This document shows, piece after piece, positions 9,458-18,604 of a stretch of DNA of 64,000 nucleotides (position 1 is the first letter of the stretch; every line of letters begins with the position of its first letter). A program made the translations under genes and the position numbers. Source of the stretch: Rhodobacterales bacterium (GTDB lineage Bacteria; Pseudomonadota; Alphaproteobacteria; Rhodobacterales; CAZPXZ01); the NCBI GenBank assembly GCA_965219495.1, contig OZ244777.1, positions 163,923 to 227,922 of the forward strand, in the 5' to 3' direction. Under the pieces are notes generated by a model. It had not been told where the DNA came from, did no database searches, and saw only the letters and a list, made by a program, of their open reading frames with translations.

Positions 9458-10724
9458 TTAAATGCTCCGGGATGCGCTGGAAGCTCGACGGAACCGGCCA
9501 ATATGTTCTGAGCGTGCGGGCCTTATGGAAATCCCACCGATTTGAAGCGGCCTGGAGCGAAATCATCACCGCCCTGGAGCCTCCGGAATTCACGTTTCAA
9601 AATCGCAATAACGTCCTAATAGCTGAAGGATTGCACTAAGCGCGCCCTTCAACTATTTACTCCATAGAAAATTTTCTCCCTGCGAAGGTCTGTCCGGCCG
9701 GCGGCTCTATCGCGACATCACCGCCCTCGGCTATCCCGGGGGATACACGGCGGTGACCGACTGCCTGCGCGAGATCCGGGGCCAGCTTCCGCGCCGCTTC
9801 GAGCGCCGTTTCGAGACCCCGCCTGGCCGCCAGGCCCAGGTCGACTTCGCTGCGTTCATGGTCGAATTCACCGATCAGCCCGGCGTTCGCCGCAAGCTCT
9901 GGCTGTTCTCCTGCGTGCTGGGCAACAGCCGCTGGCTGTGGGGTCGGTTCTTCCCCAACCAGAAGCTGGAGACGGTGCTGCGCTGCCACATCATGGCCTT
10001 CGAGGCCGCAGGCGGCGTCCCCGAAGAGGTGCTCTACGACCGGATGAAGACCGCGGTGCTCAGGGAAGAGGAGGATGGCACCATCACCTGCAATCCATCC
10101 CTGGTCGCACTCCTGAGCCACGATGGCGCCGCACCGCGGGCCTGCCGCGCGTATCATGCAAGAACGAAAGGGATAGTGGAAAGACCATTTCGCTATATCC
10201 GCCAGAACTTCTTCCTGGGACGCACGTTCCGGAACAGGGCCGATCTGAATGCCCGGTTCGCCGAGCGGCGCGCCGAGATCGCCAATCCCCGGGGTGCAGG
10301 GCACCACCAACCGGGTTGTCAACGAGGCCTTTGCCGAGGAACGCCCGCACCTCATCGCCTTGTCCCGCTTTCCCTACGATGCGATGTTGACCGAGGAGCG
10401 CAGGGTCAGCCACGACGGCATGGTCTCCGTCGACGGCAATCTCTATTCCGTGCCCGACACCGCCCGCAAGCGCGTGCTCGAGATCCAGCACCATCCCGGG
10501 GAAGTCCGCATCTTCGAGGCCGGCGAGCTGATTGCCCGGCATCCAGTACTGGAAGGCAAGAACCAGCGCAGGGTCGAACCCGGTCACTGCAAGCCGCCGC
10601 CGGCGCACCACGCACGGCAGCAATCCGCAACGGTCTCCGCGCCAACGGACATGGTTGTCACGCCGCGGCCGCTGGCCTTCCATGACGCCGTGGCACAGCG
10701 CATGGCGGCCGGGGAGGCCGTCCA

Positions 10725-11561
10725 GTGACCGCGGTGAGCGCCCGCATCCGGGACAGCCTCGTGGGCCTGCGCATGCCGCGTGCCCTGGAAGTCCTCGACC
10801 CTGTTCTGCAGCGCCTGGAACGGGGCGAGGTCAGGGCGATCGAGGCCATCGACGAGCTGCTGATCGAGGAATACGCCTCGCGCGAGGGCCGCAGGGTGGC
10901 CATGGCGCTGCACACGGCGCGGCTGACCCCGGTCAAGACGCTGGAGAGCTTCGACTTCTCGTTCCAGCCGTCGCTCGATCGCAACCGGGTCACGGCCCTG
11001 GCCCAGCTCGAGTTCATCGACCGGGCCGAAGTCCTGCACCTGATCGGCCCGCCCGGCGTGGGGAAATCGCATCTTGCGGGGGCCCTCGGCGTGACCGCGG
11101 TCAAGGCCGGCAAGAGCGTCTACAGGGCCACACTGGCCGAGCTGATCGATGCCCTGCTGAAGGCCGAGCGGGAAGGACGGCTGGTCGAGAAGATCCGCTT
11201 CCATACCCGGGCGTCGCTGCTCATCGTCGACGAGATCGGCTACCTGCCGATCACCGAGGGTGGCGGCAACCTGTCCTTCCAACTCATCAACGCACGTTAT
11301 GAAAATGGCGCCATGATCTTGACCTCCAATCGCGGATTTGCGGAATGGGGTGAGATCTTCGGCGATCCCGTCGTGGCAACGGCGCTGCTCGACAGGCTGC
11401 TCCACCATGCCATCGTCATGCAGATCGAAGGGGCCAGCTTCCGGCTGCGCAACCATGCCGACCTGATCCCCGAGCACATCCGGGCAACGGCCCCCATCTC
11501 TCCGCCGCCGCCACCGAAAAAGTGTGGCCGGCCATCAACGAAAAGGAGCAAGGACGAATAG
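10725..11561 (+). CDS. istB: IS21 helper ATPase IstB
   Basis: Walker A GPPGVGKS, Walker [10 protein letters not shown] and ALLDRLLHH; GTGA overlap with istA. Confidence 0.95.
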   Translation: MTAVSARIRDSLVGLRMPRALEVLDPVLQRLERGEVRAIEAIDELLIEEYASREGRRVAMALHTARLTPVKTLESFDFSFQPSLDRNRVTALAQLEFIDRAEVLHLIGPPGVGKSHLAGALGVTAVKAGKSVYRATLAELIDALLKAEREGRLVEKIRFHTRASLLIVDEIGYLPITEGGGNLSFQLINARYENGAMILTSNRGFAEWGEIFGDPVVATALLDRLLHHAIVMQIEGASFRLRNHADLIPEHIRATAPISPPPPPKKCGRPSTKRSKDE

Positions 11562-11638
11562 ATCTGGCTCGTCACCAGAACACAAAAGTGGGGAAAAATA
11601 CTTCGGCACTTCTGGGGAAATTTACATCGGTATTGACA

Positions 11639-11972
11639 CCATTCGTAGAAATAGTTCTGAACCGTCGTAAAGGGTGGAAAATCAGTGGGTAACGCGCGCC
11701 GCTGGCAGCCCGCGCCGGCCAGGTACTGGATCGCGTTCAACACTTCTCGCAGGTCCGTGCTGCGGGGACGACCTGTCGAAGCCGGACCCGGAAGAAGGGG
11801 TTCCAGCAACGACCATTCCTCGTCCGTCAAATCAGACTCGTAACGAATTGTGGGACGCCTATACTGGCGGCGAGTGGATTCATTCCAAGGCATGTGCGTT
11901 CTCCATATCTTGTTTGGAACTGTATGGAAAATAACACATGTCGAAGTCACTCAGGAGTTTTAGGTCAAACTC
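11639..11972 (-). mobile_element. IS5-family (IS1031-group-like) left-end fragment, truncated by IS21
   Basis: End GAGTTTGACCTAAAACTCC at 11972 flanked by TTA; [11 protein letters not shown]...[10 protein letters not shown]...[15 protein letters not shown]. About 20 differences over ~330 bp from the full copy at 26397-27358. Confidence 0.9.
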
Positions 11973-12156
11973 TTAGGTCAAATTTCGTAACTGCCCAGGT
12001 AAGTGCGTGCACCACGGAGTGCATTGCCCGCCACTGCCGCAAGGTCGATGCTGCCCGGTTGTGACGGTTACACGGGCGAGAACAGTTCCTTCTCGAAAAA
12101 TTACTGGTAACACCAGGGACTGGTAACAGAATTCAACCTGCGCTATTTATAGCGGC

Positions 12157-13722
12157 ATGGCGATTCGCTTTCAGACCCGACGGTTCTTGCGGGCTATTTC
12201 AGCGCCGACCCACCCGGCGCAAGGGGCGCCGCCGCATGATGATGGCGGAACGAAACAGATTGAGGCTTTGCGGGAGCAACTCGAACAAAAGGACGGGGAA
12301 CTCGCGGCGCAAGGCGAGCAGCTCGCGGTGCAAGGCGAACAGCTCGCTGGTTTGCAAGCCGAGAACGCGACCCTGCGGCAACGTCTTGAAGAGCTGGAGC
12401 GGCAGCTTGGCCGGAACAGCCGGAACAGCAGCAAGCCTCCTTCGAGTGACGGGCTGCAGAAGCCGCGGGCGGAGCCCCGGACAAGGAGCCAGCGCGGCAA
12501 ATCGGGCAGGCCGAGCGGCGGGCAGCCCGGGCACGCGGGCTCGACCTTGCGCCGGACCGACAGGCCGGACCATGTCGAGGATCATCATCCGTCGCACTGT
12601 GCGGGCTGCGGCGCGCCGCTGTCGGCTGCGGACGGGGATGGAAGCCATGTCGCAAGACAGGTCTTCGACCTGCCGGAGCCGCGCCCCCTCGAGGCCACGG
12701 AGCACCGCGCTCACCGTTGCGTTTGCGGTCATTGCGCCGCGACGACACGGGCGGCGTTTCCCGCAGGCGTGACGGCGCCGGTGCAGTATGGTCCGCGCAT
12801 GGCGGCGGTGGCGGCCGATCTGAGCCATGCGCATTTCCTGCCCGAGGATCGTTTGTCGCAACTGATGGCCGACCTGTTCAACGCGCCCGTGTGCGCCGCG
12901 ACGCTGGCGGCGATGAGCCGCCGGATGGCCGAGCAGTTCCAGGGTTTCGTCAACCATGTGCGGGAGCTGATCGTCCGCAAGGCGCCGGTGAAGCATCTCG
13001 ACGAGACCGGCTTCCGGGTTGGCGGGCGCACGCAGTGGCTCCACATTGCCTGCACGCCATGGCTGACCTTGTTTCGCGTCCACGAAAAGCGCGGCGACTT
13101 GCTGGCGGGGTTCTCCGGTTGTGTCGTTCACGATCATTGGAAGCCCTGTTTCAAGATCAGCGGCGTTTCACACGCCCTCTGCAACGCCCATCACCTGCGC
13201 GAACTTCAAGCCCTGATCGACATCGAAAAAGAGGACTGGGCCCGGCATATGCACCGGCTCCTGTCGCGCGCCAATCGGGTCGTTCATCTCGCCAGAACAA
13301 TGGCAAAACCTCCCCCCGAAACGCTGCTCGACCGGATCGGGCGAACCTATGATCGGATCCTCGCCGAGGCGCTCGCCTTTCATGAGGCGCAGCCACCGCT
13401 CGTGCCGCCGGAGCCCGGCAAACGCGGGCGAAAGAAACGCCGCGCCGGACACAATCTCGCCCTCCGGCTCCAGGACTACAAAACCGAGACCTTGCGTTTC
13501 CTCACCGACGCCGACGTTCCGTTTACCAATAATGAAGCCGAACGCGATGGTCGAATGGGGAAATTGCGCCAGAAAATCTCCGGCGGGTTCCGCTCCCCAA
13601 AAGGCGCCCAAGACTTCGCCACCCTGCGCAGCGCCATCACCACCGCCAGAAAGCAGGGCTGGAACATCATCGAAACCTTGATGACATCGCCGAACCAACT
13701 GATCGGAAAAATCCAATGCTAA
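12157..13722 (+). CDS. IS66 transposase (TnpC-like), apparently intact
   Basis: Leucine zipper, RNSRNSSKPPSSD, Zn finger CAGCG...CVCGHC, DDE motifs LDETG / VVHD / TNNEAERDGR, and ISGGFRS. Confidence 0.95.
   Translation: MAIRFQTRRFLRAISAPTHPAQGAPPHDDGGTKQIEALREQLEQKDGELAAQGEQLAVQGEQLAGLQAENATLRQRLEELERQLGRNSRNSSKPPSSDGLQKPRAEPRTRSQRGKSGRPSGGQPGHAGSTLRRTDRPDHVEDHHPSHCAGCGAPLSAADGDGSHVARQVFDLPEPRPLEATEHRAHRCVCGHCAATTRAAFPAGVTAPVQYGPRMAAVAADLSHAHFLPEDRLSQLMADLFNAPVCAATLAAMSRRMAEQFQGFVNHVRELIVRKAPVKHLDETGFRVGGRTQWLHIACTPWLTLFRVHEKRGDLLAGFSGCVVHDHWKPCFKISGVSHALCNAHHLRELQALIDIEKEDWARHMHRLLSRANRVVHLARTMAKPPPETLLDRIGRTYDRILAEALAFHEAQPPLVPPEPGKRGRKKRRAGHNLALRLQDYKTETLRFLTDADVPFTNNEAERDGRMGKLRQKISGGFRSPKGAQDFATLRSAITTARKQGWNIIETLMTSPNQLIGKIQC
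12301..12348 (+). repeat. 21-nt tandem repeat encoding a heptad expansion in the IS66 leucine zipper
   Basis: CTCGCGGCGCAAGGCGAGCAG, CTCGCGGTGCAAGGCGAACAG, then partial CTCGCT; protein LAAQGEQ-LAVQGEQ-LAG. Confidence 0.8.
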
Positions 13723-13849
13723 ACCGCTCCATACGCCCTGCCCGCTGCCGCCACGCCGGTCCCGCCCCAAGCATGTATAATTTCAAACGCAAGCCTTGCG
13801 CAGCCTTCACGTACGCGCGAGACTGAGTGCTGGGCAGTTACCAAATTTC

Positions 13850-14067
13850 TCGATATTCTAGTTAATTTGACGGGCTGCTTTGCGGATACGGTCTGGAGGT
13901 CCGATAAGTACGGGTTCAATCCAGGATTGGTTGACGGCCAGCCGGACTCCTTCCAGAACCTCCGCAGAGTGCGCGCCTGCGACCATCGCGCGGGCGGGCG
14001 GGGCTGCCGCGCCTGCCGCGCGATCTCGCAAGAGTTCGGGGAATTGGAGGAATTCTGCCGCCAACAT
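13850..14067 (-). pseudogene. N-terminal fragment of the same PTA/PTB-family acyltransferase
   Basis: MLAAEFLQFPELL...AMVAGAHSAEVLEGVRLAV...IEPVLIGPPDRIRKAARQIN*NIEKF. TAG at 13858-13860 where homologues usually have Trp (from recall); directly downstream of the aminotransferase. Confidence 0.75.
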
Positions 14068-14085
14068 CGGTTGAGCAAAATCGAA

Positions 14086-15429
14086 TCAGGCAACACGCTC
14101 CAATCCGGCCCGAAAGCGATCTACCAGTTCGTCGATATGCAAACGTTCCGAGACAAACGGGGGAGCAATCAGGCTGCTGTCGCCGGTAAATTTGATATGC
14201 AATCCGTTATGGAAGAGATCTTCTTGAAGCGCTGAGCCGCGTCTTCCCGGAATCCCGTCTCCTGCAACGTCGATTGCGGCAAAATACCCGATCCCACGAA
14301 TGTCAGACACTCGCGGATGGTCCCGAAGGCTCCAGACGGCGTCGAGAAAATATTTTTCCCCTTCGACTACACGGGCGAACAGACCTTCCGCTTCGTATAT
14401 GTCGAGCGCCGCCACGCAGGCCGCTGCTGCCGCCGGGTGGCCGGAATACGTATATCCGTGGAAAAACTCGACGGCGTTTTCCGGTGCGGCATCCGTAACC
14501 GTCTGGTAAATCTCGTCCTTAATTCCAACCGCGCCCATCGGTATTGCCGCGTTCGTGAGCGCCTTGGCCATCGTGATGAGGTCGGGAGTGACGCCGAATC
14601 GGTCCGAGGCGAAGGTGCTGCCGACGCGCCCGAATCCGCATATCACTTCATCGAAAACCAAGAGAATACCGTTGCTGTCGCAAATGTCCCGCAGTCGTTC
14701 GAGATATCCCTTGGGTGGGACCAAACAACCGGTTGACCCGGCAACGGGCTCCACAAAGCAGGCTGCAATCGTGGAACCGCCGTAGGTATCGACCATTCGT
14801 TGCAAATCATCGGCCAGTTCGGCGCCGTACTCGCCTTGACCGCGAACAAATCGGTTTCGCTCGAGCCAAGTGTGGCGCATCATGGCCACATGCGGAATCA
14901 CTCCGGAAAATGTCTCGCGATTCTTGACCATGCCGGAAAGCGACAGTCCGCCGATATTCACCCCGTGATAGGCGCGTTCACGCGAGACGAACCGAACACG
15001 CTGTCCCTCGCCACGTGCACGATGGTAGGCCATGGCCACCTTGAGCGCGGTGTCGATGGACTCCGACCCGGAGTTCACGAAGAACACGTGGTTCAAAGGG
15101 TCGGGCAAGAGCCGGGCGACGCGTTCTGCCGCCGCGAAAGATGCGGGGTGTCCCATCTGAAACGGCGGGGAATAGCTGTTGCGGAGCATTTGGGCGTATA
15201 CCGCTTCCGCAATCTCGCGTCGTCCATTTCCCGCAGGACAGCAAAACAGGCCGGAACTGCCGTCCAGCACTCTTTTCCCGCGATGGTCCTTCAAGTACAC
15301 ACCAGATCCTTCTGTCACCAGACGTGGCGATCGCTTGAAGTCGCGGTTTGCGGTAAAGGGCATCCAATACTCTTCGAGCGAATTGGTTTCGGCGATGGCG
15401 CTCGCACCGGGTTGGTAATCAACCATCAA
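14086..15429 (-). CDS. Class III PLP aminotransferase (omega-amino acid/beta-alanine:pyruvate type)
   Basis: YWMPFTANR, DGSSGLFC, RERAYHG, FDEVICGFGR, PDLITMAKALTN and HGYTYSGHP. Confidence 0.92.
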   Translation of the reverse strand: MMVDYQPGASAIAETNSLEEYWMPFTANRDFKRSPRLVTEGSGVYLKDHRGKRVLDGSSGLFCCPAGNGRREIAEAVYAQMLRNSYSPPFQMGHPASFAAAERVARLLPDPLNHVFFVNSGSESIDTALKVAMAYHRARGEGQRVRFVSRERAYHGVNIGGLSLSGMVKNRETFSGVIPHVAMMRHTWLERNRFVRGQGEYGAELADDLQRMVDTYGGSTIAACFVEPVAGSTGCLVPPKGYLERLRDICDSNGILLVFDEVICGFGRVGSTFASDRFGVTPDLITMAKALTNAAIPMGAVGIKDEIYQTVTDAAPENAVEFFHGYTYSGHPAAAAACVAALDIYEAEGLFARVVEGEKYFLDAVWSLRDHPRVSDIRGIGYFAAIDVAGDGIPGRRGSALQEDLFHNGLHIKFTGDSSLIAPPFVSERLHIDELVDRFRAGLERVA

Positions 15430-15587
15430 ATTTCTCCTGGGGGTTCAGTGTTGAACTTGTCTCGTTTCCGGAATGCGCGGTATGTCTTGTCACATCCGCA
15501 ACCGAACAAGCAGAATTATAGCATCGCCTGGCTCGCGGCGCACCGTATCGCCGACAGTTCAGCCCGCTGGCTCGAGGAGAATATTGA

Positions 15588-16142
15588 ATGAAGGAATCGA
15601 AACCGGCCGCCGAGGTTCCTCTGTTTGCTACGCTTGTCGGCGTTGTCGCCATGACGGCGGTCGTCGCGGCAGCAAATTACGCGGTGCTGCAACCAATTAA
15701 TGAATGGCTGACTTGGGGACATTTCGTATTTCCGGTGGCCTTCCTGGTCACCGATTCGATCAATCGCCTGTTTGGCGCGCGGGCCGCCCGCCGGGTAGTT
15801 GTTGGCGGCTTTCTGGCTGCGATCATCGTTTCGTATTTCCTGGCGACTCCTCGAATCGCGGCAGCCTCCGCAGCCGCCTTTGTCGTTGGCCAGTTCATCG
15901 ATATCGCCGTATTCGAGCGGCTGCGCCGGGGACCCTGGTGGCGAGCTCCCGCCGCCTCTTCCAGCGTCGCGAGCCTCGTGGATACGGCGATTTTCTATAC
16001 GCTTGCCTTCGCCGGTACGGGCCTTCCCTGGACAAATTGGGCGATGACGGATTTTGCCGTAAAGCTCCTGATGATCGTTCCTCTTCTCGGGCCGTTCGGT
16101 CTCCTCGTTCTGTATCTTCGACATCGGTTTACCAGAAGTTGA
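15588..16142 (+). CDS. VUT/YhhQ-family queuosine-precursor transporter
   Basis: Hydrophobic; LTWGHFVFPVAFLVTDSINRLFG, GQFIDIAVF and SLVDTAIFYTLAF. Confidence 0.85.
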   Translation: MKESKPAAEVPLFATLVGVVAMTAVVAAANYAVLQPINEWLTWGHFVFPVAFLVTDSINRLFGARAARRVVVGGFLAAIIVSYFLATPRIAAASAAAFVVGQFIDIAVFERLRRGPWWRAPAASSSVASLVDTAIFYTLAFAGTGLPWTNWAMTDFAVKLLMIVPLLGPFGLLVLYLRHRFTRS

Positions 16143-16148
16143 TATTAG

Positions 16149-17471
16149 CTAACGAATAGACCTTGCACGACGATTTTGAATGTTTTCCACGAGGTCCCGG
16201 CCTCGAATCAGGATTTCGGCGGCGGACTGAAGCAGATTGTTCGGTAGGCGGAACGCGATTGGCGCATGAATTGGAATTTCGGCGAATACGGTTTCCCCGG
16301 CCGGGTTGCCGAGCATGCGAAACGCCGCCTTCCTGCCCAGGTAATTCGATAGGACGACGCCGTTGCCGCAGTAGGCTCCGACGTAGGTGATGCCCTTACT
16401 CTCCGTGATCAACGGGAGTTGGGTGCTGCTGAACGCGACAAACCCGGTCCAGCAGTGCGTGTAGCGCAAGCCACGCGCGGTATCGGGAAACAGATCTTCG
16501 ATGATTTGCCTGAGAATTGATGCCGCACGAGGGAGGGGAACGGGTCTCATCGATGCGCGCGCACCGAAGACCAGGCGCGTTCCGTCCGGCGATCGCCGGT
16601 AGTAGCAATGCCTGCTGCGCGTTTCTACGATCATGCTTGTGCCCGGAAGAAGTTCCGACAGCCTATCCGGTGGAAGCGGCTCGCTGGCGATCAAGTACGA
16701 GGGTATTGGCAGCAATCGCCTGGCAAGCCAAGGCTGGGACCGGTCGGTGTATCCATTCGTTGCGACCAAGACTTTCCTGGCTCGCAGGCTCCCTCCGTTC
16801 AACCGGAGTCGGAAGCCGTCGCACTCGTTCCTTATGCCGAGCACCGGTGTCGATGGCGCAAACCGTACGCCGTTCGCCCGGGCATTTTCAAGCAGGCCGG
16901 AATGGAGTTTGGCGGGATGAAGTCCGCCGTGGCTCCGAAGCCTGATTCCGCCACAATATTTCGCTGAAGCGACCTCCTGGCGACGCAAGTCGCCTGCATC
17001 GACCAGTTCAGCCTCACCTGGCCGGAACCGATTGACATTCTCGGCGTGCCTCGACAGCTTTTCGAGGTCAGCGGAAGTCCAGGCTGCGATCACCCTGCCC
17101 GTACGAGCAAAGTCGCAGGAGATACCTTGAGCAACCAGGCTCGATTCAAGTTCCTCTACCGCTTCAAAGCTCTCCTTCAGCAGTCTTTCGGCGCACGACT
17201 GCCCGAATCGTTTTGTAAGTAGCGGTAAGGAAAGGCGCGTCCCACTTCCGGCCATTCCTCCGTTTCGGGTGCTCGCTCCTTGTCCGAGTTCCCGTGAATC
17301 TAGGACCATTGTGTCTTGACCCGCGACCGCTAGAGTGCTGGCAGCTGCCAGACCCGTAAAACCGGCACCCACAATGGCGATATCTACGGACGTGGGAAAG
17401 TGCGTAGGAGCATCCAGTTTCAGTGGCCGTGCGGCCTCCCACCAGTAAGGCTCGAAAGATATTCGCTCCAT
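16149..17471 (-). CDS. FAD-dependent oxidoreductase (DAO/PuuB-like)
   Basis: IVGAGFTG, GASTRNGG, GGLHPAK, VATNGY and YCGNGV; GGAG before ATG 17471. Confidence 0.9.
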   Translation of the reverse strand: MERISFEPYWWEAARPLKLDAPTHFPTSVDIAIVGAGFTGLAAASTLAVAGQDTMVLDSRELGQGASTRNGGMAGSGTRLSLPLLTKRFGQSCAERLLKESFEAVEELESSLVAQGISCDFARTGRVIAAWTSADLEKLSRHAENVNRFRPGEAELVDAGDLRRQEVASAKYCGGIRLRSHGGLHPAKLHSGLLENARANGVRFAPSTPVLGIRNECDGFRLRLNGGSLRARKVLVATNGYTDRSQPWLARRLLPIPSYLIASEPLPPDRLSELLPGTSMIVETRSRHCYYRRSPDGTRLVFGARASMRPVPLPRAASILRQIIEDLFPDTARGLRYTHCWTGFVAFSSTQLPLITESKGITYVGAYCGNGVVLSNYLGRKAAFRMLGNPAGETVFAEIPIHAPIAFRLPNNLLQSAAEILIRGRDLVENIQNRRARSIR

Positions 17472-17570
17472 GTTGAACTCCCGGAATAGCAATACCAGCA
17501 AGTATGTGTGCGCTGCGAGTGCTTTTTGGGGGCGTGCTGGCGACAAACAAGAGTAGCGAAGGAGCGGGAA

Positions 17571-18434
17571 ATGACAAAAGGTTCTCGTACCGTCTATGTG
17601 AATGGCGAATTCGTGTCCGAATCGAGCGCAAGCATTTCAATCTTTGACCGCGGATTGTTGTTCGGGGATGCAATTTACGAAGTGTGGTCCGTGCTTGACG
17701 GCAAGCTGATAGATTCCAACGCGCACTTGGCCCGGCTCCACAGGTGCTTGGGGGAAGTCGGGATCGAACAACCGATTTCCGACGGAGAAATCTTGTCGGT
17801 CGCAAAGGAATTGGTTGCGCGGAACTGTGTAGAAGAGGGCCTTGTCTACATGCAGGTCACCCGCGGCGTGGCGGACCGAGATTTTCTTCCGCCAGACGAA
17901 ATCACTCCCACAATCTTCTCCTTTTCTCAAGCCCGCCCGGTCGCCAATTCCAAGGCCTCGCGTGACGGGCTTCGAGTGATCACGATGCCGGAAATTCGTT
18001 GGCAGCGCCGCGACATCAAATCAACCATCTTGCTCGCGTCGTGTCTCGCTAAGACGGCGGCACACGGTGCGGGGGTCGATGACGCGTGGTTCGTGGAAGA
18101 CGGCTACATCACCGAAGGAACGTCCAATAACGCGCATATCATTTCTCGGAGCGACGAAATTATCACGCGTCCGATATCCAACGAAATTCTGGCGGGATGC
18201 ACGCGGGCCGCAGTATTGAGGCTGGCCGATGAAAATGGGCTGAAGGTTGAGGAACGCGCCTTCACGGTGGAGGAAACATATCGGGCGGCAGAAGCCTTTA
18301 TTACCAGTGCGTCTATGTTGGTGACCGGAGTTGTCGAGATTGACGGCAATCGGCTCTCAAACGGGAAGCCAGGCGTGCTAACGGGTCGACTTCGCGAAAC
18401 CTACATTGAAATGGCGCAGGAAACCGCAGTCTGA
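17571..18434 (+). CDS. dat: D-amino-acid transaminase (class IV PLP)
   Basis: FDRGLLFGDAIYEV, RRDIKST, EGTSNNA and ILAGCTR; GGAG before ATG 17571. Confidence 0.9.
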   Translation: MTKGSRTVYVNGEFVSESSASISIFDRGLLFGDAIYEVWSVLDGKLIDSNAHLARLHRCLGEVGIEQPISDGEILSVAKELVARNCVEEGLVYMQVTRGVADRDFLPPDEITPTIFSFSQARPVANSKASRDGLRVITMPEIRWQRRDIKSTILLASCLAKTAAHGAGVDDAWFVEDGYITEGTSNNAHIISRSDEIITRPISNEILAGCTRAAVLRLADENGLKVEERAFTVEETYRAAEAFITSASMLVTGVVEIDGNRLSNGKPGVLTGRLRETYIEMAQETAV

Positions 18435-18604
18435 GTCACAGGCATGCGTATCTCCGCTCGTTGCAGACGATGAGTCCGGCGGTTCAGCTCCCAAGTTTGT
18501 CTCAAGGTTCTGGCGCCGATCTTGAAAACGCACTGGGTGCTTGTCTATCCAAGGTGTCTGGTTCCAGAACCGCGAACTAGAGTGAAGTTTTGGGGGCCTA
18601 TATA

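Larger units (their letters stand above)
7906..9639 (+). pseudogene. ISKra4-like transposase interrupted by a MITE
   Basis: SISLDGVM, VLADGA, LDFWHAAQHL and PIGSGVVEAANKVLVTQRLK, continuing after the MITE as CSGMRW...; removing 9161-9463 restores one ORF of about 476 aa. Confidence 0.9.
7679..9680 (+). mobile_element. ISKra4/ISLre2-like (Mutator-type DDE) insertion sequence, 2002 bp
   Basis: Imperfect 25-bp TIRs GGGTGCACATTTCATATGGAGTAAA / GGGAGAAAATTTTCTATGGAGTAAA (20/25). 8-bp target duplication TGCGAAGG at 7671-7678 and 9681-9688. Confidence 0.9.
7542..10728 (+). pseudogene. istA: IstA transposase: 5'-truncated, split by the ISKra4-like element, with a +1 frameshift near 10292
   Basis: GLDRKTVRNYL...YLRERITACEG (7542-7678) resumes after 9688 as LSGRRLYRDI...RFETPPGRQAQVDF...YDRMKT...KGIVERPF, then shifts frame to GTTNRVVNEAFAEER...VSVDGNLYSVP. 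Confidence 0.9.
7542..11638 (+). mobile_element. IS21-family element, left end missing, carrying nested insertions
   Basis: istA and istB remnants. The right end reads TGTCAATACCGATGTAAATTTCCCCAG inward from 11638, with subterminal TTTTTCCCCAC-like repeats, and cuts an IS5 transposase at YFYEW. Confidence 0.9.
11987..13841 (+). mobile_element. IS66-family element, single-ORF (ISBst12-group-like), 1855 bp
   Basis: Perfect 12-bp TIRs GTAACTGCCCAG; 8-bp target duplication CAAATTTC (11979-11986, 13842-13849). Confidence 0.95.

Noticed and set aside
15430-15587. preQ1 riboswitch upstream of the VUT transporter
   Set aside because: No AGAGGTTCTAG-like stem or 3' A-rich tail seen.
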